Virus record (IMG/VR): IMGVR_UViG_3300048852_000012
Location: 1-24,559 of that record
Reading direction: 5' to 3' (one strand)
Length of the DNA stretch: 24,559 nt
Source: a virus
Taxonomy: Duplodnaviria; Caudoviricetes
Shown: positions 1 to 6,318 of the stretch, one piece after another
How the letters are laid out: the number at the start of each line of letters is the position of its first letter
Position numbering within the stretch: position 1 is the first letter of the stretch
Program-made: the position numbers and the translations under genes
The notes under the pieces: model-generated
Database searches by the model: none
The model's input: only the letters and a program-made list of their open reading frames with translations
Told to the model about the DNA's origin: nothing

Positions 1-356
1 CGGGAGTGGCCTGCCGCGCCGGCTTCGAGGCGGGCCTTCGTGAACTCGGCTGCCCCGACGAGGGACGCGGTGCGCATGTTGGCGTCCGAGCGGAGCCAGC
101 GGAGGAAGCCGGTGCACCAGTCGGGGTCGATGAGAGCGGTCTTGCGGATGAGCTGGGTGTACCGGTCGTCGCGCTGTCCGCCCTGCTCGTAGAAGGTGTC
201 GGTGCCAACGAAGTTGGAGACCGCGAGGAGGAACAGCTCGGACTGGCTGTCGCGCAGGAAGCCGGTGCCGCCCTGGTGGTTGATGGTGCGCTCCCCGGTC
301 GTGGTCACGGGCGAGCTAGCGGCAGGTCGTGCGCCGCGCTGGTTGAAGCGGGACAT
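1..356 (-). CDS. rsr: TROVE-domain RNA-binding protein (Ro60/Rsr homolog), N-terminal part; runs off the left edge
   Basis: Not in the ORF track (no stop in the window). Manual translation from ATG at 356: MSRFNQRGARPAASSPVTTTGERTINHQGGTGFLRDSQSELFLLAVSNFVGTDTFYEQGGQRDDRYTQLIRKTALIDPDWCTGFLRWLRSDANMRTASLVGAAEFTKARLEAG..., which resembles actinobacterial TROVE N-termini (NHxGG, ELFLL, TFYE, NMRT). SD-like GAGGGG lies upstream and a Y RNA-like element is adjacent. Confidence 0.88.
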   Translation of the reverse strand, partial: MSRFNQRGARPAASSPVTTTGERTINHQGGTGFLRDSQSELFLLAVSNFVGTDTFYEQGGQRDDRYTQLIRKTALIDPDWCTGFLRWLRSDANMRTASLVGAAEFTKARLEAGAAGHS

Positions 357-357
357 G

Positions 358-379
358 AAAAACCCCTCACGTGGAGGGG
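358..379 (-). terminator. Hairpin plus U-tract between the Y RNA and Ro60, overlapping the Ro60 ribosome-binding site
   Basis: Minus strand CCCCTC-CACGT-GAGGGG-TTTTT-C-ATG: 6-bp stem, 5 U residues, then the start codon. Confidence 0.5.
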
Positions 380-397
380 AGGTGCAGCAGTGGGGTG

Positions 398-524
398 CCC
401 GAGATCAAATCGGTTGGGGAAACAACGCGCTCTGGGCCGCTGAGCTACAGGGCTTGCGCCCCGACAGGATTCGAACCTGCGTCTCGCCTTTAGCAGAGGA
501 AGTATCCCCGGCCTGCGCACCGGG
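398..524 (-). ncRNA. yrlA: YrlA-type bacterial Y RNA (permuted tRNA mimic); boundaries approximate
   Basis: Minus-strand order: anticodon-like hairpin CCT-CTGCTAA-AGG (499-487); T arm GCAGG-TTCGAAT-CCTGT (480-464); acceptor-like stem CGGGGC-GCAA-GCCCTG closed by a GNRA loop (463-448); TA plus D arm GCTC-AGCGGCCCA-GAGC (447-429). The 5' and 3' flanks pair (GGGGATAC with GTTTCCCC, CCCGG with TCGGG). It lies directly upstream of a TROVE gene. Confidence 0.85.
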
Positions 525-548
525 AGGTGCATGTGAAGTTGTGCGGCC

Positions 549-554
549 ACTGTA
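549..554 (-). promoter_or_regulatory. Putative -10 element (TACAGT) for the Y RNA/Ro60 transcript
   Basis: TAnnnT hexamer about 25 nt upstream of the Y RNA, followed by an ACAACTTCACA leader. No clear -35 element. Confidence 0.35.
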
Positions 555-720
555 ACCCCTATAAGCGGTAGCGGTACGGCATTTGAGTGACGGCGCGCCC
601 CGCCACCCACCTCTCCCCCATCGCTTGGTCACAACTCCGTCACCACCGGAACGTGTGGCACCACGGGTTGTATCCGGACCGCTACGGTCAGGTCTCCGCG
701 AACCGCACGTAGGGGGACAC

Positions 721-1317
721 ATGTCGTACCAGCAGCCTCAGCCCGGTCAGCCGCAACAACCCGGTTGGGGCCAGCAGCCGCCCCCGGCACCGAAGAAGAA
801 GACCGGGAAGATCATCGGCTTCGGGTGTCTCGGCATCGTCGGCCTGTTCGTCCTCATCGCGATCATCGCCGCAGTCGCCAGCGGCGGAGACGACGGCAAC
901 GAGTCGTCCACCACCAAACCGGCCGCCACCCAGGGCGACACCAAGAAGGACGAGCCGAAGAAGGAAGAGAAGGAAGAGCCGGCGAAGAAGGCCCCCGTCA
1001 CCGTCACCGGCAAGCAGGTCGACTTCAAGAAGAGCGTCCTCGCCCAGGGCGACAACTACACCAGCGTCCAGGTCACCATCACGAACAACAGCAAGAACGA
1101 CATCGACATCAACCCGCTGTACGTCACCATCACCGACACCGACGGCAGCAAGCACACCGCCGAACTCGGCGTCGACGAAGACCAGCTCGACACCGTCACC
1201 CTCGCCCCCGGGGAGAACGTCACCGGGACCATCACAGGCAAGGGCAAGTTCGACGCCAAGTACGTCACGTACACCGACGGTCTCCTCGGCGACAGCATCC
1301 GCGGCGACGTCGGCTGA
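721..1317 (+). CDS. Membrane-anchored DUF4352-like (Ig-like) protein; accessory/moron gene
   Basis: SD AGGGGG before ATG 721. Gln/Pro-rich N-terminus, KKK followed by a hydrophobic TM segment (IIGFGCLGIVGLFVLIAIIAAVA), charged linker, then a beta-rich domain (VQVTITNNS...INPLYVTITDTDG...TLAPGENVTG). Has its own terminator. Confidence 0.8.
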   Translation: MSYQQPQPGQPQQPGWGQQPPPAPKKKTGKIIGFGCLGIVGLFVLIAIIAAVASGGDDGNESSTTKPAATQGDTKKDEPKKEEKEEPAKKAPVTVTGKQVDFKKSVLAQGDNYTSVQVTITNNSKNDIDINPLYVTITDTDGSKHTAELGVDEDQLDTVTLAPGENVTGTITGKGKFDAKYVTYTDGLLGDSIRGDVG

Positions 1318-1331
1318 CCCGCCCCTACCTC

Positions 1332-1366
1332 AGCGCCCCGCGGCCTTCGTAGCGCGGGGCGCTTTT
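1332..1366 (+). terminator. Intrinsic terminator of the DUF4352-like gene
   Basis: Perfect 11-bp stem AGCGCCCCGCG / CGCGGGGCGCT, 10-nt loop, followed by TTT, about 15 nt after the stop codon. Confidence 0.8.
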
Positions 1367-1376
1367 GCGTAGACAT

Positions 1377-1406
1377 GAAGAAGTCCCCCTCCCGTGAGGG
1401 AGGGGG
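1377..1406 (-). terminator. Intrinsic terminator of the minus-strand late operon
   Basis: 9-bp stem CCCCCTCCC / GGGAGGGGG (1385-1406) with a 4-nt loop, followed on the minus strand by ACTTCTTCA. It starts 4 nt after the stop of the last late gene. Confidence 0.7.
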
Positions 1407-1410
1407 CAGT

Positions 1411-1572
1411 TCACTGCGGCTCCTCGACCGGCGGCATGTCGGGTTCGAGGAAGAGACCTTCGTACTGCGGTACGGGTTGCTCCTCGGCGAGGCCGAGGTC
1501 GATGAGCGTTTCGAGGTCACCCGCACCCTCATCGATTCGGCGCTCGACTTGGCGGGGCGGGGTGTCAGGCAT
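1411..1572 (-). CDS. Small acidic Pro-rich protein (53 aa), last gene of the lysis cassette
   Basis: Not in the ORF track (shorter than any ORF listed). AGGAG 5 nt upstream of ATG, start overlaps the collagen-like gene end: MPDTPPRQVERRIDEGAGDLETLIDLGLAEEQPVPQYEGLFLEPDMPPVEEPQ. Its stop sits just before a terminator. Confidence 0.7.
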   Translation of the reverse strand: MPDTPPRQVERRIDEGAGDLETLIDLGLAEEQPVPQYEGLFLEPDMPPVEEPQ

Positions 1573-2242
1573 CAAGTCTCCTGTAGAAGGCGGTAGCCGT
1601 CAGGGCTCCGAGCCCGAGAAGGCCGCGGGACTGTTCGGCGGGCGGTTCCTCGACAGCGGTGCGGCGGCAGACCAGCGCGTCCGGGTCGTTCTTCAGCGGC
1701 TGAAGGCTGTAGCCGTCGGGGCAGGTCTGTCCGTCGGAACCGTCAGAGCCGTTCCGTCCGTCAGAACCGTCCTTGCCGGGGGCGCCGTCAGCACCTGGCG
1801 GGCCAGCCGGCCCTGTCTCCCCCCGCGGGCCGGCAGGTCCGACGACGGACCGCCCATCCGTGCCGGGGGCACCCGTTGGCCCGGGGGTTCCGACACCGTT
1901 CGAGCCGTCGTCCCCGGTGCTGCCGGTTGGGCCTGCTGGTCCGGTTGGGCCGATCGGTCCCGGTTCACCTTGCGGTCCACGGGAACCGATTGCGGCCTCT
2001 CCTGGTTCTCCTCGGCTCCCTGGGGGGCCGGCGACGGGGGCTTCTCCCAGCTCCTGCACCTGTCGAGCCAAGGCATCGCGGGCCTGATTTGATGTGCTCA
2101 AATCGTCCCGGGTGGCTCGCAGGTCGTGGCCCTGACCCTGCAGGGTGATGACGATCCAGGCGAAAGCGGCCAGCGCGGCAAGGACCGTGATGGCGTACCG
2201 GAGGTCAGCAAGTCTTGGCCGCGCTGCTTTGTGGGCGCTCAA
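1565..2242 (-). CDS. Membrane-anchored collagen-like (Gly-X-Y) protein
   Basis: N-terminal TM segment (AITVLAALAAFAWIVITL), short coiled coil, long interrupted G-X-Y run (GPPGSRGEP...GSDGSDGQT), CPDGY...VC motif. TTG start overlaps the upstream stop (TTGA). Confidence 0.85.
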   Translation of the reverse strand: MSAHKAARPRLADLRYAITVLAALAAFAWIVITLQGQGHDLRATRDDLSTSNQARDALARQVQELGEAPVAGPPGSRGEPGEAAIGSRGPQGEPGPIGPTGPAGPTGSTGDDGSNGVGTPGPTGAPGTDGRSVVGPAGPRGETGPAGPPGADGAPGKDGSDGRNGSDGSDGQTCPDGYSLQPLKNDPDALVCRRTAVEEPPAEQSRGLLGLGALTATAFYRRLDA

Positions 2243-2583
2243 GTTCCGGCTCCCTTCGTCGCCAGGTACACCTGGAGGAAGACGAGGAGGACCGGCACGA
2301 TGAACGCGGTCAGGATCAGCCGCTTATCGATGCGCCGTTGGGCGTCGTGGGTGCGCCGGTCGGCCTCTGCCTGCCGGGCGTCCTCTTTCCGTGCTTCCTC
2401 AAGTGCTTTGATTCGTTCACCGAGCTGCCGGTCCGCCTCTGCGGCATAGTGCTGATCCGTCTGGTACCGCTCGACGCTGACGCGTTTGTCGATCAGACCC
2501 TGGAGGGCTTGGAAGTCGTCGCGGACATCAGCGAATCTTTCGTTGTACCGGCGTTCCAGCTCGCCCGCTGTCGGTTCAGACAC
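2239..2583 (-). CDS. Coiled-coil protein with a C-terminal TM helix (lysis-cassette accessory)
   Basis: GTG start, charged helical region, C-terminal LILTAFIVPVLLVFLQVYL. Follows the holin. Confidence 0.75.
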   Translation of the reverse strand: MSEPTAGELERRYNERFADVRDDFQALQGLIDKRVSVERYQTDQHYAAEADRQLGERIKALEEARKEDARQAEADRRTHDAQRRIDKRLILTAFIVPVLLVFLQVYLATKGAGT

Positions 2584-2615
2584 GGGGTCGCTCCGTTCGG
2601 TGGCTCAATTGGAGG

Positions 2616-2969
2616 TCAGACTGCGGTCGGCTTCGCTGCCGCTTCCGGCCGGGCCGGGGAGACCTGACCGCGGGTCATGAGTCCGAGAACCGCCAGGACG
2701 ACTGCGTTCAGGGCGCCGACGGTTTCGGCGGTCACGCTCAGCCCGTAGGCGGCGAGCAGGGCAACGGCCGCGGCGACGAGCCCGGTGAACGCACTGGGTG
2801 CGATCGGGCGGGTGATCGCGGCGGTGGCTGCGGCGAAGACCGCCGAGATGGCGGCGACAATCGCACCGGCCTGCTCGGCATCCAAGCCGAACTGGAAGCT
2901 GACCAGCAACGACAGTGCTGCCGATACGGAGGCGATGATCAGGGCGGGCTCTCTGCCGAAGATTCGCAT
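2616..2969 (-). CDS. Putative holin
   Basis: Start re-called at ATG 2969 (MRIFGREPALII...). About four hydrophobic segments in 117 aa, immediately downstream of the endolysin. Confidence 0.75.
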   Translation of the reverse strand: MRIFGREPALIIASVSAALSLLVSFQFGLDAEQAGAIVAAISAVFAAATAAITRPIAPSAFTGLVAAAVALLAAYGLSVTAETVGALNAVVLAVLGLMTRGQVSPARPEAAAKPTAV

Positions 2970-2995
2970 GAGGAGATCCCTTTCTGGGAAGTGGG

Positions 2996-4063
2996 TCAGG
3001 CGTCGGTGCGCAGGGCGCGCAGGACACGTCGGGTGACGGTGGCGTCGGCGTCGGCCCGTAGCTCCAGACGGAGCTGCTCGTCCTTGTCGAGCGCCCCGCA
3101 CCGGGTGACGGACAGGTTGAGGGTGCCGTCCGGGCCGATGACGCCGCCGTCGATCGGCAGGTCGAGGGATGGGCGGCCGGTGGCGAGCGGCAGGTCGTGG
3201 AACCGGGCGACCACCCTGGTGCCGGGGGTGCCGGTGACTGTGGCGTAGGCGGTGACGACGTAGGTGCACGGCCCCTGGAGCGCGGCCGTGTCCTCGGCGA
3301 GCTTGATCAGCGTGTGCTCGCCCGCCGGCAGCCGGTCGGACGCGGGTACGGACTCGGTGATTACCTTCGTGGCGGGCACGGGAGGTTCCTCCTTGACGGC
3401 TGGTGCCGTCGGCTCAAGGGGGGCGGTCGGTGCCGGATCGCTGCCCGGCTTCGTAGCGAGCTGGGCCCGCACATCGGCGCGGAACTGCGTCATCGAGAAG
3501 GAGCCGCCGCCCTCGATCGGGCCGCGGGGGTCGATCTTCCCGGGCTGCCATTCCTTGTGGCCGATGACCGACCGCTCGGACCAGCCGTGTGCGCGGCACA
3601 GGGCGGCGGCCCACATCACCGCGGCCCGGTACTGGGCGCGGGTGTAGGTGTCCTTGTTGTCGCCGAGGTTGACGATCTCCAGCCCGTAGAAGTGCCGGTT
3701 CCCGTCGGTGTTCGCCTCGTTCACCGGTGGCAGGGCGGCCTCGTTGATGACGGCGCGCAGCACGTCGTCGTCGCCGAGCCCGGCGTGGTTCGCGCGGGCC
3801 GACGAGACGAGCGCGACGGTGCCGTCGTTGCGGCCGACCCCGTGGCAGAGCGGGCCGGGCAGGGCGGAGTGGCCGTTGTAGCAGAGCTCCACCGAGGAGT
3901 CGTCACCGGAGCTCACGGTGTGGTGGATCATCACGCCGTACACCGGGCCCCACGGCCCCTTGTGGTTCCGGTTGTTGGTGCGCCACCCGGCGCGCTCGGA
4001 CACCTTGACGCCCTCGTCGCGCAGCGCCTTGAGCTGCTTCTCGGCGGACAGTGGTGTGGCCAT
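2996..4063 (-). CDS. Endolysin, N-acetylmuramoyl-L-alanine amidase (Amidase_2 type)
   Basis: Start re-called at ATG 4063 (MATPLSAEKQL, SD GGAGG). Zn-amidase motifs MIHHT, ANHAG, YGLEIVN, IGHKEW..KIDP, then a Pro-rich linker and a C-terminal domain. Confidence 0.9.
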   Translation of the reverse strand: MATPLSAEKQLKALRDEGVKVSERAGWRTNNRNHKGPWGPVYGVMIHHTVSSGDDSSVELCYNGHSALPGPLCHGVGRNDGTVALVSSARANHAGLGDDDVLRAVINEAALPPVNEANTDGNRHFYGLEIVNLGDNKDTYTRAQYRAAVMWAAALCRAHGWSERSVIGHKEWQPGKIDPRGPIEGGGSFSMTQFRADVRAQLATKPGSDPAPTAPLEPTAPAVKEEPPVPATKVITESVPASDRLPAGEHTLIKLAEDTAALQGPCTYVVTAYATVTGTPGTRVVARFHDLPLATGRPSLDLPIDGGVIGPDGTLNLSVTRCGALDKDEQLRLELRADADATVTRRVLRALRTDA

Positions 4064-4124
4064 CAGGCCTCCAGACATGACAATGCCCCGGGCCGGTCGG
4101 CGCGGGGCGGGTGGTCGGCAGGGG

Positions 4125-4625
4125 CTACAGCGCGGCGTCCCAGCGGACAGGCACGTTGGTCCAGGCGGCGCTCTGCAGGCTGTACACGAACAAGGTGAAA
4201 CCGGTGTTCGTGACGTCGATGGCCCGGCTGTGCCACTGGGACGTAGGCCCCGCACCGCTGTTGATGTTGGTGTGGACGCCGGGGGCCGACGAGAACGCCG
4301 ACGAAAACGTCACCGGCAACGTGAACGAGGTGCGGGTCGTGAACGTGAGAAGCTCCACCGCCCCCAGCTTCTGCGGGGTCACCGGCACCCACGCACTGCC
4401 GTTGTAAATGTCGAACCGGTTGACGTCCTGCAGCCACGACACCATGCCCTCAACCGGGGCCGACGTCCCGGCCAAAGACGCCGTGCGGGTCGAAGCGGAC
4501 GCAAACCGCATGACACTGCGGGACACGATCGCGTTGGCGATGTTCCGGGCCAGCGTCTCCGCATCCGGCTGATCAGCCAGAGAGGCAATGGAGACACCCT
4601 GCCCATAGTCATCCGTGGTAGCCAC
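4125..4625 (-). CDS. Minor tail / fiber-associated protein
   Basis: GTG start with SD AGGAGG. RFASASTR...PVEGMVSWLQDVNRFDIYNGSAWV motif typical of actinophage tail proteins, and a beta-rich C-terminus (VTFSSAFSSAP...TNTGFT). Confidence 0.7.
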   Translation of the reverse strand: MATTDDYGQGVSIASLADQPDAETLARNIANAIVSRSVMRFASASTRTASLAGTSAPVEGMVSWLQDVNRFDIYNGSAWVPVTPQKLGAVELLTFTTRTSFTLPVTFSSAFSSAPGVHTNINSGAGPTSQWHSRAIDVTNTGFTLFVYSLQSAAWTNVPVRWDAAL

Positions 4626-4633
4626 GAGGCCTC

Positions 4634-5230
4634 CTAGAACAGGGAGAAACGGCAGGAGATAGAGAAGAAGGCGACCGCGCCAGCCGGAAGCGACGCAGCC
4701 TGCACCACGCCGGACGGCATGATGTTCAGCTGCCTCGGTGCAGGGCCGTTGGCCATTGCCGTGAACACGTAGCCGGCGTTCGGCCGGTAGTCGGCGGGGA
4801 GCGTGAACAGGGTCTGGTTGCCGGTCACCGAGGTGCCGCCCGTGTCGAGCAGCCCCTCGATCACGACCTCCCCACCGTCACGGCGGTACCGGGGCACCCG
4901 GTAGACACCCGACCCGGAATACGCGGCCCACGGCGCAGTGAGAGCCGGCGTCTGCCAACCGTCCCCTGTTGCGGGCACCGTTCGGTCCAGGACAATCCAC
5001 GACCCGGAAGACGACTGCGAGATGACGACCTGGTCGCCGGCCGCGGGCAGCCCATACCCGACGAGCCGGCGGGCCACCACATCGTCTGTGGTGGTAACAG
5101 TGCCCGTAGAAGCCTGGACGGTGGCAACCGTCGCGGTGCGCCAGTCCGAACCGGACACCGTGGGGGCCGTCTCACCGGCCTGCACCGCACGGCGCCGAAT
5201 CGCCGCAGCAAGATCCTGGGATGTGCTCAC
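4634..5230 (-). CDS. Minor tail protein
   Basis: GTGA overlap with the upstream gene. N-terminal spike/OB-like segment and C-terminal PRYRRDGGEVVIEG...LFTLPADYRP motif seen in phage tail proteins. Confidence 0.7.
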   Translation of the reverse strand: MSTSQDLAAAIRRRAVQAGETAPTVSGSDWRTATVATVQASTGTVTTTDDVVARRLVGYGLPAAGDQVVISQSSSGSWIVLDRTVPATGDGWQTPALTAPWAAYSGSGVYRVPRYRRDGGEVVIEGLLDTGGTSVTGNQTLFTLPADYRPNAGYVFTAMANGPAPRQLNIMPSGVVQAASLPAGAVAFFSISCRFSLF

Positions 5231-6318
5231 CCGTCCCCCTTTGCCGAGATCGTCGTGATGGGAAAGTCGCCGCCGGTTTCCAAGGGCACGGTGATCGACT
5301 GCACCTGGTGCAGCTCCTTCAGCCCGTCCGGGTGAACGACTCGCAGCACATCTCCCGGCTCCAGTGCCGGGTTCGGCATGGCGCTGAAATCACCCGCGGC
5401 GTTCGGCGCCTTCGCGCTGCGCAACTTCAGCCTGGCCGCCGCCGTAGCAGCAGCTGTGGTCGTCAATGTCGGGGACCCGTAGAACATGGGGCGACGGCCG
5501 TATGGCCCGTCCCAGTAGGTGGGGCTGCCCGGGTCGTCGTCCACCGCCAGGTAGGTCACCGCTGCCGCCCCGGACTCCGTGTTCTCGCCGCGGGCCATGA
5601 CCCCGTTGTGGACCCCGGAGGAGCTCATCGACCGGGTGCCCTTGATGTACACACCGCCCTCGCCCGCAGCGACCGTCCACACCGGGTTCGTCGTCAGCAC
5701 GTCCGGCAGCTCGGTGACGATGAACGTGCCGTCGGCGTTGCTGTAGCACTCGGCACCAGCGGCTGCGGCGATCTCCTGGACGGCCGCCCACGGGTCGGCC
5801 TCGACGTCCCACACCCGCGGGCCGATCGCCGTGTCCGCTACCAGGGACACGATTTCGGCGTCGGGGATGCTGCGCCTGATCAGTGCGGTGATCGCACCGG
5901 CGACTGTGCCTGTGGCCCGGTAGGGGGTGGTGAACCGGTCGTCGGCGACGATGCATTCGAGGGCCTGCCCGGTCAGGGTGACGGGCCCTGTCAGCGGATC
6001 GCCGCCCACCGCGTCCAGGCGGAACACGCCGAGCGGAACCAGTTCGGTCGCCCCGTCACCGAAGTCGATGCCCCTCGATATGCGTAGGCGTGCCCCGTAC
6101 ACGGCCAGCTCGTCTGCCGGGGTGGTCGGGATGAGCGACACGTCCGCCGACGTGACTGTGCATGTGCGTCGAATGGTCTGCCCGCGGTCCACGGCCACCG
6201 ACCCACCAGTGTGCGGCAGGTCCACAACCTGGCCGTCCGTGCGGAAAATCTGCACCTGGGTGACGACCCGGTGGGAGTGGGCGAGCGCGGCCAGGAACCG
6301 GCCGGAGACGGGATACAT
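5227..6318 (-). CDS. Minor tail / baseplate hub protein (DUF5047-like)
   Basis: MYPVSGRFLAAL...GGSVAVDRGQTIRRTC...VPLGVFRLD...NPALEPGD. Second gene after the tape measure. Confidence 0.75.
   Translation of the reverse strand: MYPVSGRFLAALAHSHRVVTQVQIFRTDGQVVDLPHTGGSVAVDRGQTIRRTCTVTSADVSLIPTTPADELAVYGARLRISRGIDFGDGATELVPLGVFRLDAVGGDPLTGPVTLTGQALECIVADDRFTTPYRATGTVAGAITALIRRSIPDAEIVSLVADTAIGPRVWDVEADPWAAVQEIAAAAGAECYSNADGTFIVTELPDVLTTNPVWTVAAGEGGVYIKGTRSMSSSGVHNGVMARGENTESGAAAVTYLAVDDDPGSPTYWDGPYGRRPMFYGSPTLTTTAAATAAARLKLRSAKAPNAAGDFSAMPNPALEPGDVLRVVHPDGLKELHQVQSITVPLETGGDFPITTISAKGDG

Noticed and set aside
429-499. Canonical tRNA gene or tRNA-derived att site suggested by the GGTTCGAATCC T-loop
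   Set aside because: The arms are in permuted order (T arm before D arm), the acceptor stem is closed by a tetraloop and there is no CCA end. Adjacency to a TROVE gene fits a Y RNA better.
6-722. Listed ORFs 6..443+, 196..555+, 305..610- and 405..722-
   Set aside because: Shadow frames over the TROVE gene and Y RNA, with no recognisable motifs.
1690-2040. 9-bp periodic, repeat-like DNA (ccgtc.. and ccgg.. units)
   Set aside because: Explained by Gly-X-Y codons of the collagen-like protein; not a CRISPR array or iteron set.
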